Source: Methanocaldococcus sp. 28A
Lineage (GTDB): Archaea > AGJL01 > Methanococci > Methanococcales > Methanocaldococcaceae
Direction: 5' to 3' (one strand)
Assembly: GCA_049852185.1 (NCBI GenBank)
Contig: CP187540.1
Length of the DNA: 64,000 nt
Shown one piece after another: positions 31,815 through 42,786 of this stretch. Made by a program: the position numbers and the translations under genes. A model generated the notes under the pieces. That model was not told where the DNA came from. It was given only the letters and a program-made list of their open reading frames with translations, and did not search any database. Position 1 is the stretch's first letter. Every line of letters starts with the position of its first letter.

Positions 31815-31890
31815 GAGACACTACCGAGCATAAACGAGGTAGTGCATCGGGTATCCTAAACCATAGCTCTAGCACCTTATTGGTATATCC
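31815..31890. repeat. Degenerate family C palindromic repeat
   Basis: GAGACACTACCGAGCATAAACGAGGTAGTGCATC...CCATAG, resembling 7889-7956. Confidence 0.65.
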
Positions 31891-31899
31891 AAAATTTAC

Positions 31900-32088
31900 C
31901 ATTTATTGTCGCTAAGAAAGCACCGCCCTTTAGGGCGGTGATAAATTCAGATGAAATCTTTCAGATTTCATTACTCTCCTTGCGAAGCAAGGAGATAGGG
32001 GAGGTGGGTGAGACAAACATAACTTTTATATACTCGAATTAATAAACTAACTTATGTCCCCGGTCCAAGTTATTAATGGGTGGGGTTA
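31900..32088 (+). mobile_element. Non-autonomous IS200/IS605-type element, left half only
   Basis: Follows TTAC; AAAG then CACCGCCCTTTAGGGCGGTG hairpin; near-identical inverted copy at 46468-46657. Confidence 0.85.
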
Positions 32089-32611
32089 AACCTAAACTAT
32101 CGATAAGTTTTAAGTTATCTTTACTTGAATACCAACTATCGAAACAGATATATCTAATATTTAATCCTTTATCCACTAAAGACTTTATTATCTCCCTACA
32201 TAAATTATTTTTCGTCTTTCCATCTCTTGGTCTGTCATATACTCTAAAATCGATTGGAATAATATGTTTTCCATTTGTAATTATGCAATCAACAATATGT
32301 ATGCCTTTAATTACTCGTTTATGTAGATTACTCCAACAATAATAAGCAAATTCAGTCGATTTAGAGTAAATTTTATCTATAACAAAGTCATCTATAACGA
32401 CAATATTATAATCAGGAGTGATAAAATCTTTAACGAAATTAAAAAGCTTTTCTTGTGGGAAGATTCCTTCTTCCCAAAGTATTCTATTTATTGTATCGTG
32501 AGATATGTCGATTCCGAAAATACGCAACGTTTTCGATAACTCTACACACGAATTAATCTCTGAAAGTAATATAAAAAGCATATAAACGATAGTCCTCGAC
32601 ATTTTTAGCAT
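32089..32611 (-). pseudogene. Truncated IS701-like DDE transposase
   Basis: SHDTINR, VIDDFVIDK, IDFRVYD, KTKN, CFDSWYSS motifs; C-terminus cut off by the IS605-type remnant; left end TAGGACTTTTGCAAG at 32717-32703 (minus). Confidence 0.82.
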
Positions 32612-32729
32612 ATTTTCCCCAAAATAAACTTTTGTTTCGAAAAATTATAATATCTGATAAAAATAGATTATCATGAAATATTATAATAAATATTTAAATA
32701 TGCTTGCAAAAGTCCTAGAAGTAATTTAG

Positions 32730-32870
32730 TTTTTATGGCTCGAATAGTATTATAAACTATGACTTTACAGTATATTTCGTTTAATATTGCGTTGTAATTT
32801 TTACATGACTACGTATATTACCTCGATTTTGACTCTAAATCGATAAATATTCTTAGGATTTTCACACCAT
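32730..32870 (-). pseudogene. C-terminal remnant of an IS5-like transposase
   Basis: Frameshifted pieces YRFRVKIE... and NEIYCKVIVYNTIRA resemble the YxxRxxIE / YN region. Confidence 0.45.
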
Positions 32871-33334
32871 ATATATTCCATAAAAAATATTATTTCTACA
32901 TTCAAACAGTTATACCTTTTAATATTTATTTCTGAGAAAGTCCTACACTGTGAATCTCATTTCTTTTCCTATATATAGTTGATTTCAATGACATGTCGTT
33001 GGATTTCAAATATCTTATATATGCTCTATCTGTAAGATTTAAATATCTTTAATATAATTAATAAATATAATTAATATATAATTTAATATAATTAATACTG
33101 CTATTGCTCTTGGATTACAACATAGTCTCCTAGTCTTATTGTTCTTTAATCTATATAGAAGCTCTCCATGACTTCGTATTCGTTATAATAGTTCTCTTTC
33201 AATTTTTTTTTGCTTCATATTCATTTATCTCTTCCTTATTTTTGTTATTTATCATTTATACTCTTTTTGTCCAAACTCTAGATAATTTTAAATTTTATAT
33301 ATTTCCATTAGCATTATAAGGTTGAGTTTCAAAA

Positions 33335-33496
33335 TAGGACTTTTGCACCTTATATATTTAATGCGGAAATAATATTTTTATGAAATATATGAAGCCATTG
33401 GCTTCAAAACTACATAAATATATATAAAAAGTGCATTCAAACCGTTATACCTTTTAATATTTATCCCTGCGAAATAATATCTACCTTAAAAGTTCT
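33335..33496. mobile_element. Composite/degenerate MITE family B copy
   Basis: TAGGACTTTTGCAC left end, GAAGCCATTGGCTTC internal hairpin, CTGCGAAA near the right end. Confidence 0.6.
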
Positions 33497-33525
33497 ATTT
33501 GAAAACTAACTTTAGTGGTGATAAA

Positions 33526-35499
33526 ATGAGTGAAACTCTATTTAAAGAATTTAAAGAACATTCAGTAGCTGAATTTTTTAGAAAAAATAAACACATGCTT
33601 GGATACAGTGGAAAGATTAAGAGTTTAACAACTATAATTCATGAATTGGTTACAAACAGCTTAGATGCTTGTGAAGAAGCAGGTATTTTACCAGATATAA
33701 AAGTTGAGATTGAGAAGTTGGGAGCTGACCACTATAAAGTGGCGGTTGAAGATAACGGTCCAGGAATACCTTTAGAATTTATTCCAAAGGTATTTGGGAA
33801 GATGTTAGCTGGTTCTAAGATGCATAGGTTTATTCAATCAAGAGGACAACAAGGAATTGGAGCTGCGGGAGTTTTGTTATTCTCTCAAATAACTACTGGA
33901 AAGCCATTGAAAATAATAACATCAACTGGAGATGGCAATATTTATGAAGTTGAAGTAAAAATGAATGTAGAGAAAAATGAAGGAGAAATTGTTTCAAAAA
34001 AAGTTAAAAAAGGAAAGTGGAGAGGAACAAGAGTAGAGGGTGAGTTTAAAGAAGTTAGCTACAATAGAGGAGAGTCTGGACCTTTTGAATATTTGAGGAG
34101 AATAAGTTTAGCTACACCACATGCAAAAATTATATTAAAAGACCCTTATGGAGAGGTTGTATTTGACAGGGTTGTTAATGAATTACCAAAAAAACCAGAG
34201 GAAATGAAACCCCATCCTTACGGTTTAACTACTGATGAACTTTTATACATTGCAAGAAAGACAAAATCAAAGAAAGTTTCTTCAATGCTTGTCTCTGAGC
34301 TTTCAAGGGTTACAACAAAAAGAATTAAGGAGCTTTCTACTTATATGCTTAGAGATTTGATATTAAAGAAATTTAAAGACAGTATATTTTGGAGCATGGT
34401 AGTTTCCTGTTATTTAGATATTGATATTGAGGGATATTTAAGTAAATTTAAAGATTATATTAGTAATGATGAGATAGATACAGTTAAAATGTTAATTAAA
34501 AATCTTCCAGAGAGCTTAGATGAGTTAAAGAGATATGCTTTAAAATATGTAACTATGGAGTATTTATTTAATAAGCTAAGTGAAGAAGAAATTAATAAAA
34601 TAAAGAATCAGTTTAAAAAAATTCCAGAGAACTTTATGGAATGGGCTGAAAAGAACTATTTATCAGCTACAGTTGTTGATGAATTAAACAAAAAAGTTAA
34701 AAACATTGTAAAACCTCCAGAAAATTTTATTGCTGAAATAAAAAATAAAGGGTTAATATCAGATGAAGAACTAAGAAAATTTGAAGAAGAGGTTAAAAAA
34801 ATTTTAAATAAAAATCCTAAGGAATTAACATGGGATGAGGCAGAGATGATTGTTAATTGCCTACAGAGTATGGAGTTCATGGCTCCACCAACAGCTGGCT
34901 TAAGACCAATAGGAGCAGAGAATATAGAAAAATCATTAAAAGAACTTTTACAGCCAGATTTTGTTAAGGCAATTACAAGAAATCCAAAAACCTATAAAGG
35001 AGGAATACCATTTGCTGTTGAAGTAGCAATAGCTTATGGTGGTAATGCAGGAAGGCAGAGTGATGAAGGAAGAAGAATGGAGATTATGAGATTTGCCAAC
35101 CATGTTCCTTTGCTATATGATGCTTCTGCTTGTGGATTAACTAAAGCTGTGAAAAGCATAAACTGGAAGAGGTATGGGTTGAGGGGAGAAGATGCTCCAA
35201 TAACAGTTTTTGTTAATTTAATATCCACCTTTATACCATATACTTCTGCAGGAAAGCAGGCAGTTGCTTGCAGTGAAAATGAAAATGAAGAGATTTATAA
35301 TGAAATTAGACATGCATTAATGATTTGTGGTAGAGAATTAGAGAAATATTTATCAAGAATTAGAAGAGAAGCTGAAGAAGAGAAGAAAAGAAAGTATGTT
35401 ATGAAGTATGCAAAAATATTTGCTGAGGCATTGGCTAATATACTAAATAAACCAGTTGATGAGATTGAGGAAAAAGTTGTTAAGTTGTTAGAATCTTAA
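33526..35499 (+). CDS. top6B: DNA topoisomerase VI subunit B
   Basis: [40 protein letters not shown]; start moved to MSETL after GGTGA. Confidence 0.96.
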   Translation: MSETLFKEFKEHSVAEFFRKNKHMLGYSGKIKSLTTIIHELVTNSLDACEEAGILPDIKVEIEKLGADHYKVAVEDNGPGIPLEFIPKVFGKMLAGSKMHRFIQSRGQQGIGAAGVLLFSQITTGKPLKIITSTGDGNIYEVEVKMNVEKNEGEIVSKKVKKGKWRGTRVEGEFKEVSYNRGESGPFEYLRRISLATPHAKIILKDPYGEVVFDRVVNELPKKPEEMKPHPYGLTTDELLYIARKTKSKKVSSMLVSELSRVTTKRIKELSTYMLRDLILKKFKDSIFWSMVVSCYLDIDIEGYLSKFKDYISNDEIDTVKMLIKNLPESLDELKRYALKYVTMEYLFNKLSEEEINKIKNQFKKIPENFMEWAEKNYLSATVVDELNKKVKNIVKPPENFIAEIKNKGLISDEELRKFEEEVKKILNKNPKELTWDEAEMIVNCLQSMEFMAPPTAGLRPIGAENIEKSLKELLQPDFVKAITRNPKTYKGGIPFAVEVAIAYGGNAGRQSDEGRRMEIMRFANHVPLLYDASACGLTKAVKSINWKRYGLRGEDAPITVFVNLISTFIPYTSAGKQAVACSENENEEIYNEIRHALMICGRELEKYLSRIRREAEEEKKRKYVMKYAKIFAEALANILNKPVDEIEEKVVKLLES

Positions 35500-35593
35500 A
35501 ATAGATTTTTTCTTAATTTTATTTTTTATGTAAAAAATTGTAATAATTGGTTAATATCTGATTTTTATCTGATTTTAAAAAAGTTTAAGTATT

Positions 35594-36141
35594 GTTTTCA
35601 AACTCCGTATCAGTCTTATTTTAACCAAAATTCAAATTATTTCATACATGATTTTTTAAGTGAATGTTTCCATACCGAATCGGTCTTATTTTAATAATAC
35701 TTGCGAATGAGATTAACAAGCTAAATGAGATACATACAGAACTCGTTTCCATACCGAATCGGTCTTATTTTAATTTGAGATATTAGCAACAAGAATTAGT
35801 TTTTTTTCGAGAATTTTACGAGGTTTCCATACCGAATCGGTCTTATTTTAATGGACTAATAATTGGTATAGATTACGATAGCGATATAGACGTTTCCATA
35901 CCGAATCGGTCTTATTTTAATGAGGTGGATTTTAATATAGATTTAGATAACAAAATGATTAGAATGTTTCCATACCGAATCGGTCTTATTTTAATCAAAG
36001 GAAGAATATGAAGTCCTCAATGGATTGTTTAGTTTCCATACCGAATCGGTCTTATTTTAATTAAAATAAAAGAATTTTCGATTTTAAAAACAAATAATTA
36101 TTTCATATTATGTTTCCATACCGAATCGGTCTTATTTTAAT
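35594..36141 (-). CRISPR. CRISPR array 2: 7 identical repeats plus 1 degenerate distal repeat, 7 spacers (36-50 bp)
   Basis: Repeat GTTTCCATACCGAATCGGTCTTATTTTAAT; degenerate copy at 35594; leader on the right. Confidence 0.97.
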
Positions 36142-36504
36142 AGGAGGCATTTTTTGAATTAAACGAAATTAAGCATTTTTAAATCTTTATTTTATAGGGG
36201 TTATATTACAACCCCCCAATTACCTGATTTCTTTATATACCCTAACTAATATAAATACTTTACGGTATTGTATTAATTAGAACAATAAAACCCCTAAATC
36301 TAAAAAATCAAATTATCTATCGGGGAAATCTAAATATAAAAATAATTATCTAAAATCTCCTAAAAATCTTACTAATTTAATACATCTAAATAAGTAAAAT
36401 GTTAAAAATAAACTACCCTTAGAAATTAGCTAAAAATCCTCAAAATAAAAAAATATTCCTTTAAAAATTTCTAAATTAAAAATAAAAAACTTTTAGCGTG
36501 ATAA
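36142..36504 (-). promoter_or_regulatory. CRISPR leader / long repeat, copy 2
   Basis: 363 bp; two substitutions seen versus 15595-15957. Confidence 0.9.
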
Positions 36505-36580
36505 CATTATACACTAAAAGTAATATAAATAAATCCATATAATTTATTTTACTTTAAGAAAATTTAAAGAGTGAAAATTT

Positions 36581-37405
36581 ATGTTTAAACATAAAAAAAG
36601 ATTGGGGCAATGTTTTTTAATAGATAAAAATTATGTGAATAAAGCAGTTAAGGCGGCAAATTTAACAAAGGATGACATAGTTTTAGAGATTGGATTAGGA
36701 AAAGGTATTTTAACAGAAGAGTTATCTAAAAATGCTAAAAAGGTCTATGTTATTGAGATTGATAAAAATTTGGAGCCTTATGCTAATAAATTAAAAGAAA
36801 ATTATGATAATATTGAAATTATATGGGCAGATGCAGTAAAAGTTGATTTAAATAAGCTAAATTTTAATAAAGTTGTTGCAAATCTTCCTTATCAGATTTC
36901 ATCACCAATAACATTTAAATTATTAAAAAGAGGTTTTGATTTAGCTGTTTTGATGTATCAGTATGAATTTGCCAAAAGGATGGTAGCAAAGGAAGGTACA
37001 AAAGATTACGGAAGGTTGAGTGTAGCAGTTCAAGCAAGAGCAGATGTTGAGATAATAGCTAAAATTCCTCCAAATGCCTTTTATCCAAAACCAAAGGTTT
37101 ATTCAGCGATAGTTAAAATAAAGCCTAATAAAAATAAATATCATATAGAGAATGAGAATTTCTTTGATAATTTTTTGAGGGCGATATTTCAACACAGAAA
37201 TAAATCTGTTAGGAAAGCTTTAATTGATTCATCTAAGGAATTAAACTACAGCAAAGATGAGATGAAAAAGATATTAGAAGAATTTTCCAATACTAACTTA
37301 GAACTAAAAAATTTAATAAATAAAAAGGTCTTTAAACTTTCAGTAGGAAGTATCGTTAAGCTTTCAAATGAATTTTATAAATTTTTGCAGAAAAGATTGG
37401 GTTAG
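36581..37405 (+). CDS. rsmA: 16S rRNA dimethyladenosine transferase (KsgA/Dim1)
   Basis: [29 protein letters not shown]. Confidence 0.96.
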   Translation: MFKHKKRLGQCFLIDKNYVNKAVKAANLTKDDIVLEIGLGKGILTEELSKNAKKVYVIEIDKNLEPYANKLKENYDNIEIIWADAVKVDLNKLNFNKVVANLPYQISSPITFKLLKRGFDLAVLMYQYEFAKRMVAKEGTKDYGRLSVAVQARADVEIIAKIPPNAFYPKPKVYSAIVKIKPNKNKYHIENENFFDNFLRAIFQHRNKSVRKALIDSSKELNYSKDEMKKILEEFSNTNLELKNLINKKVFKLSVGSIVKLSNEFYKFLQKRLG

Positions 37406-37411
37406 ATAGTT

Positions 37412-37852
37412 ATGAAGGTTGTAGTTGGAGGAACATTTGATATTCTACATAAAGGTCATAAAGAACTTTTAAAATATGCAGCTTCTTTAGGAAAATTGAC
37501 TGTAGGAATAACAAGTGATGAGTTTGCCAAAAAATATAAAACACATGAAATAAATGACTTAAAAACAAGAATAGAAAATTTGAAAGATTTTTTAGATAGC
37601 ATAGGGGCTGATTATGAAATTAAGGTTATAGATGACGCTTATGGGGATGCAATAACTGAAGATTATGACGCTATAGTTGTTACTCAAGAAACATTAAAAA
37701 ATGCTGAGAAAATAAATGAAATTAGAAAACTTAGGGGATTAAAACCATTAAAAATTATTGTTTTTAAGCATATAATAGCTGAGGATGGAAAACCAATATC
37801 TACAACAAGGATTAGGAAGGGAGAGATAGATGAAGATGGAAGGTTAAAGTGA
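37412..37852 (+). CDS. coaD: Phosphopantetheine adenylyltransferase (archaeal type)
   Basis: [18 protein letters not shown]. Confidence 0.9.
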   Translation: MKVVVGGTFDILHKGHKELLKYAASLGKLTVGITSDEFAKKYKTHEINDLKTRIENLKDFLDSIGADYEIKVIDDAYGDAITEDYDAIVVTQETLKNAEKINEIRKLRGLKPLKIIVFKHIIAEDGKPISTTRIRKGEIDEDGRLK

Positions 37853-37856
37853 TATT

Positions 37857-38771
37857 ATGGATGTCGTTCTAATTGTTTTAATTTTAGTTTTAGTAGGATA
37901 TTTTTCAAAGGTATTTGAAATTTTAAGAGAAGAGCATGCAAAAATTTTAAACAATATAGTTATCTATATAGCTATGCCCTCAACGATATTTTTAACTATA
38001 TTAAAAAATGTCTCTTCTTCTCAAATATTGGAGTTTTTAAAACTTCCAGTGGTTATTTTTCTATCTTGCTTATTTATTGGAATTTTAGCTTATTTTCTTG
38101 GAAAACATATTTTTAAACTAAAAGATGAAAAGCTTGGTGGGTTAATATTAGTTTCAATGCTTGGAAATACTGGATTTTTAGGATATCCTGTAACTTTGGG
38201 AATGTTTGGTGAAAGTGGTTTAGCAAGAGCAATATTTTGCGATTTGGGTGGAGTTTTTGCTACAATGCTATTGGGAACTTATGTTGGAATAAAGTTTGGA
38301 AAGAGTAAAAATAAAAATATTTTAAAAGAGATGGCTAAATTCCCTCCTTTAATAACTGGGATTTTTACAATATTATTAGTATTTTTTGGTTTTAGATTGG
38401 AATATATTCCTAATTTTCTCTTAAAATCTTTAAATTATCTGTCTTCAGCAACAGTTCCATTGATTATGATGTCTTTAGGTTTATCTCTCTCACCAAAAGC
38501 TTTAAAGTTTGGGGTTTTTTGGGGTATTGTAGCTTCTATATTTAGGTTTATTGTATCCCCAGCAACTGCCTTTACATTATCTGAACTAATCAATATAAAG
38601 GGATTAGATAAAAATGTTTTATTAGTTGAGAGTTCTATGCCTTCAGCAATGATGTGCCTTGTTTTAGGAACGTTGTATGAGTTAGATGTTAAGTTGATAG
38701 CTTCATCTATATTTATTACAACAACTTTATCTTTATTAGTAATTGCTATCTGGGGAGTGATATATGGATAG
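37857..38771 (+). CDS. AEC (auxin efflux carrier) family transporter
   Basis: GNTGFLGYP, SMPSA; multi-TM. Confidence 0.88.
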   Translation: MDVVLIVLILVLVGYFSKVFEILREEHAKILNNIVIYIAMPSTIFLTILKNVSSSQILEFLKLPVVIFLSCLFIGILAYFLGKHIFKLKDEKLGGLILVSMLGNTGFLGYPVTLGMFGESGLARAIFCDLGGVFATMLLGTYVGIKFGKSKNKNILKEMAKFPPLITGIFTILLVFFGFRLEYIPNFLLKSLNYLSSATVPLIMMSLGLSLSPKALKFGVFWGIVASIFRFIVSPATAFTLSELINIKGLDKNVLLVESSMPSAMMCLVLGTLYELDVKLIASSIFITTTLSLLVIAIWGVIYG

Positions 38772-38976
38772 ATTTAAGTTATATATAAAAAATCTAATTG
38801 CTTATTGTTTATATTGTGTGCAAACTATCTGCCCTTATAAAGGTTTATTTTATTTTGAAAACAACTATAGTTTGTTTATTAGTAGTTTTATAGTAATAAT
38901 TGCTTAACTGAATTTCCATTGTTTATTAGTTGTTTATATTCTCAAAGTCTTTATTTGCTTGGTAGAGGGAGTAGAA

Positions 38977-40038
38977 ATGCCAGAAGAAAAAGTAAAAAAT
39001 TATCTTGTTCTTGTTGTTGATATTGATGACGATATTGGGAGAAAAGCTGGCTTAAATACACCAATTTTGGGAAGAGAAGAGAATATAAAGGCATTGATAA
39101 AATTGGGTTTGGCAGACCCTGGAGATAGTGATGTTAATGCAATTCTTGGGGGTGTTAAGATTTACGATGAGTTAAAAGCCAGTGGAAAAGATGTAGAAAT
39201 AGCTATAATTTCAGGATATGTTGATGTTGAATCAGAGAAGTGTGCTTTAAGATTAAAGGAGCAAATAGACTTTCTACTATATTTGTATAATCCAGATTTT
39301 ATTTATTTGGTATCTGATGGAAAAGAGGATGAAATGATTTTAAAATACTTAGAATCAAAAAATGTTTTTGTTTGGAAAAAGAGAGTTGTTGTTAAACAGA
39401 GTGAAACCTTAGAATCCACCTACTATTTGATTCAGGAATTTATAAAAAAGACTATGGAAGAATACATCCCTTTAATTTTAACATTTATAGGTTTTTCTTT
39501 GATACTGTATGCAATATTTGCAGATATTGGATGGAGGATTGTTGTTGGAATTATTGGATTGTATATATTATCAGAGGGTGTTGGTGTTAGAAAGTTATTA
39601 GTTGAGAAAATTAAAAATAAAGAAGAGTTTTCTGTGGGAAGAGTTTTCCCAATATCAGCAACTATATCTCTATTTATATTAATTATTGGATTTACATACT
39701 CAATAAGCTCAACGCATCAATTAACAACACTAAATGAGTTTATAGGAAAATTTTTACTACATTTCGTGGATTTTATGGTTTTAGCTTTGCTAATTTTAAT
39801 GGTTGGGAAGTTTGTAGATAATGTTATACATTCTGAAGAAGAACTATTAAATATATTTAAAAAATATTTTTTCTATCTAATAGGTATATTCATTACAAGA
39901 GAACTAATCATTAATGGCGGAAACTATTTGTTGGGAAAAATTGGATTTATATCATTTGTTATATGTATTATACTCTACATCTCTATTACAATTATCCTTT
40001 CCGTCATATTATTTACTAAAAGTTCAAACAAGGATTAA
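38977..40038 (+). CDS. DUF373 family membrane protein
   Basis: VDIDDDIG, DPGDSDVN, VSDGKEDE, RVVVKQS. Confidence 0.85.
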   Translation: MPEEKVKNYLVLVVDIDDDIGRKAGLNTPILGREENIKALIKLGLADPGDSDVNAILGGVKIYDELKASGKDVEIAIISGYVDVESEKCALRLKEQIDFLLYLYNPDFIYLVSDGKEDEMILKYLESKNVFVWKKRVVVKQSETLESTYYLIQEFIKKTMEEYIPLILTFIGFSLILYAIFADIGWRIVVGIIGLYILSEGVGVRKLLVEKIKNKEEFSVGRVFPISATISLFILIIGFTYSISSTHQLTTLNEFIGKFLLHFVDFMVLALLILMVGKFVDNVIHSEEELLNIFKKYFFYLIGIFITRELIINGGNYLLGKIGFISFVICIILYISITIILSVILFTKSSNKD

Positions 40039-40066
40039 ATTTAATTAAACATTACAAAGGGCTAAC

Positions 40067-41020
40067 ATGATTACAGTAATTGCTATAACTAAGGATGGTA
40101 GTATTGTTGAGCCAAAATTTGATGATATTAATTTTGAAGATTATAAACTTATTTGGATTGATAGTTATGACCCAAAAGATGAAGAGCTATATAAGCTCTC
40201 TAAAAAAATTGGCATTCCAGTTTCTGATTTACAAATTGGTTTAGATGAACAGGAAATTCCAAGGGTAGAGGAAGATGAGGATTTTTATTTAATTATTTAT
40301 AAAGCTCCATTATTTGAGGAAGATATTACTACCACATCTCTTGGAATCTATATCAAAGATAACGTATTGCTAACAATTCACACAGATAAAATAAAGGCAA
40401 TTGGAAGATTACATAAATTGATATTATCAAAAAAACCAAGGATTATGTTTGAGAGAGGGATAGGCTTTTTGTTATATCATATACTAAATGAGATTACAAG
40501 AAGTTATTCAAGAATTTTAATTGGTTTAGAGGATGAATTAGAGGAGTTGGAGGATAAATTATTGATTGGATATGATAGAATAGTTATGGAAAATATATTA
40601 AGTTTAAGAAAAACTTTAGTTTATTTTCACAAATCTTTGATAGCTAATAGAGATGTTTTAGTTTTGTTAAAGAGGAAATATCTTCCAATAACTACAAGAG
40701 AAGATAGAGAAAACTTTGAAGACCTATACTATGACACTTTACAGTTGATTGATATGTCAGCAACTTATAGAGAGGTTTTGACATCAATGATGGATATAAC
40801 TCTCTCATTAGAAAATATAAAAATGAACCAAATTATGAAAATTTTAACTATGGTTACTACGATTTTCGCTATTCCTATGTGGATTACAGGGATATATGGG
40901 ATGAATTTCACTTATTTACCTTTAGCAAACAATCCTCAGGGTTTCTGGATTATACTGGCTTTTATGATAATTATTATCCTATCATTTGTCTATATATTCA
41001 GAAAGTCAGGATGGATTTAG
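40067..41020 (+). CDS. corA: Magnesium/cobalt transporter CorA
   Basis: MNQIMKILT and YGMNF signature. Confidence 0.96.
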   Translation: MITVIAITKDGSIVEPKFDDINFEDYKLIWIDSYDPKDEELYKLSKKIGIPVSDLQIGLDEQEIPRVEEDEDFYLIIYKAPLFEEDITTTSLGIYIKDNVLLTIHTDKIKAIGRLHKLILSKKPRIMFERGIGFLLYHILNEITRSYSRILIGLEDELEELEDKLLIGYDRIVMENILSLRKTLVYFHKSLIANRDVLVLLKRKYLPITTREDRENFEDLYYDTLQLIDMSATYREVLTSMMDITLSLENIKMNQIMKILTMVTTIFAIPMWITGIYGMNFTYLPLANNPQGFWIILAFMIIIILSFVYIFRKSGWI

Positions 41021-41029
41021 AGGGAGATA

Positions 41030-41302
41030 ATGATTATTTGGCCAGCATACATTGACAAAAATAAAAGTAGGAAAGAGGGTAGAAGAGTTCCAGAAGATTT
41101 AGCTATAGAAAATCCAAAATTGGAAGATATTGAGAAAGCATTAAAAAAACTTGGGTTAGAACCAATGATTCATAGAGAAAAGAGATATCCAAGACAACAT
41201 TGGGAGATATGTGGATGTGTGGAAGTTGATTATAAAGAAAATAAACTGCAACTGTTAAAAGAGATTTGCAAAATCATAAAATCCTCAAGAAAAAATAGAT
41301 AA
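41030..41302 (+). CDS. srp19: Signal recognition particle 19 kDa protein
   Basis: IIWPAYID, SRKEGRRVP, YPR. Confidence 0.95.
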   Translation: MIIWPAYIDKNKSRKEGRRVPEDLAIENPKLEDIEKALKKLGLEPMIHREKRYPRQHWEICGCVEVDYKENKLQLLKEICKIIKSSRKNR

Positions 41303-41316
41303 ATAAGAAATATTTT

Positions 41317-42150
41317 TTATTGTGGTTTCTCCATCAATGCTTTTTTACTTAATCTTTTTCCATCTCTACTGTGTGGTTTTCTGCTAACTGCATCCATTGC
41401 TTTCTCCAATTCTCTTGCTTCATCTACCAATTTGGCAGCATATCTAATCATTTCATGAGCAGAGGCAACAATTGGAATATATTTCTCTGCCTCTTTTGTC
41501 ATAAAGCATCCTTTAACATCAACATCTCCAACTTTTTCAGCAATAACAAATGCCGCCATTGCCTTTGCCTTTGCGTAAGGGTTGGTAAATTCCATTGCCT
41601 CTACTGCTTTTTCTTCATTGATTACAATTCTTGGAAGCTCTGGCTCTTTACCTTCTTTAATTGCATCAATAACCTTATCTATAGCCTCCTGGACAATTCT
41701 TAAAGCTCCAGTACCTGCTACAACTCTTATAACATCTGCATTAAACATCGCCATTTCAACAGGGTCTAAAAACTCTCTTCTTGCACCTATCATTGGGTCA
41801 CATTTTACAATTATATATCCTAATCCCTGCTGTTCCATCTCATCTTTAACTCTCAAACCTGGAGCATCACCAATAATTATTGTAGGAATTCCTGATTTAC
41901 TTAAAATTTCTCTTGCCTTTTTTGGACCAGGTGCAGCTGGATTTGGGCCAATATATATAATAAAATCAGGTTTAATGTCTTCAACCATCTTTTTAGTAAC
42001 TTCTTCAACTGACTCTGGGTCCATTTTAGCTCCACTACCTAAAACTCTAACTGCTATATCTTTCCTATCAGCTCTCTCATCTAATGCCAAATCAATAACT
42101 GGAGAGACACCTATGTTACCACATTTTATTATTCCTATTTTTACTACCAA
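41317..42150 (-). CDS. mtd: F420-dependent methylene-H4MPT dehydrogenase
   Basis: KCGNIG, LDERADR, GSGAKM, MIGARREFLDP; TTG start after GGTGA. Confidence 0.96.
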   Translation of the reverse strand: MVVKIGIIKCGNIGVSPVIDLALDERADRKDIAVRVLGSGAKMDPESVEEVTKKMVEDIKPDFIIYIGPNPAAPGPKKAREILSKSGIPTIIIGDAPGLRVKDEMEQQGLGYIIVKCDPMIGARREFLDPVEMAMFNADVIRVVAGTGALRIVQEAIDKVIDAIKEGKEPELPRIVINEEKAVEAMEFTNPYAKAKAMAAFVIAEKVGDVDVKGCFMTKEAEKYIPIVASAHEMIRYAAKLVDEARELEKAMDAVSRKPHSRDGKRLSKKALMEKPQ

Positions 42151-42520
42151 AATATCACCTCTTTTAATAAAATTATGTATATTAGTATTATTAATACAAA
42201 GTCCAATAAATATTTTTTTATTTATGATATAAATATTTATTGAAGAATTATTATTAGAAATTATATATTAGTTTAATAAATATATGACATTAGAAAGTTT
42301 AATGTAGCAGATTAAAATAAAAATCTCTATAAGTTTTATATCACTTATTTACCAGCATTTATTACAATCTTAAGATTTTTATTGCTATGTATATTAGATA
42401 AATTTTAGCATATTTGCTCTGTATCTAAGGTTGTCGAAAAATTGAATTTGGTTGGATAATTAGAAAGAGTTTTAAAAATGCACTAAACAAAAACTATCTA
42501 AAATAGAAATAGGAGGACTT

Positions 42521-42604
42521 TATAGTTGTGTGCAAAATGCAATAAACTTTTATAATTATAAATACCTTATTATTTTATTTAAAATAGTTTTGCACACAAC
42601 TATA
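42521..42604. mobile_element. MITE family A copy (internally deleted)
   Basis: Perfect TATAGTTGTGTGCAAAA inverted ends. Confidence 0.85.
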
Positions 42605-42673
42605 ATTTTTTACATACTTTTTTATATAAACAAACCAAAAAATAAAAATACGTTGGGCTTTTACATTTTTAAA

Positions 42674-42765
42674 TAGGACTTTCGCACTTTAATATACTTA
42701 ATAAGGAAAATATGATACCAAAAACATTAGACCTACCTTTAATATTTATTTCTGCGAAAGTTCTA
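42674..42765. mobile_element. MITE family B copy upstream of smc
   Basis: TAGGACTTTCGCA...TGCGAAAGTTCTA. Confidence 0.8.
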
Positions 42766-42786
42766 TTTAGTTAGCTGGTGGTTGTA

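Noticed and set aside
32950-33300. Possible further transposase remnant with AT-rich palindromes (33050-33096)
   Set aside because: Too degenerate to assign by eye; low-complexity AT sequence makes palindromes likely by chance.
34340-34820. Long extra helical segment in Top6B considered as an intein
   Set aside because: No Cys/Ser start, His-Asn end or LAGLIDADG motif; looks like a lineage-specific insertion near the H2TH domain.
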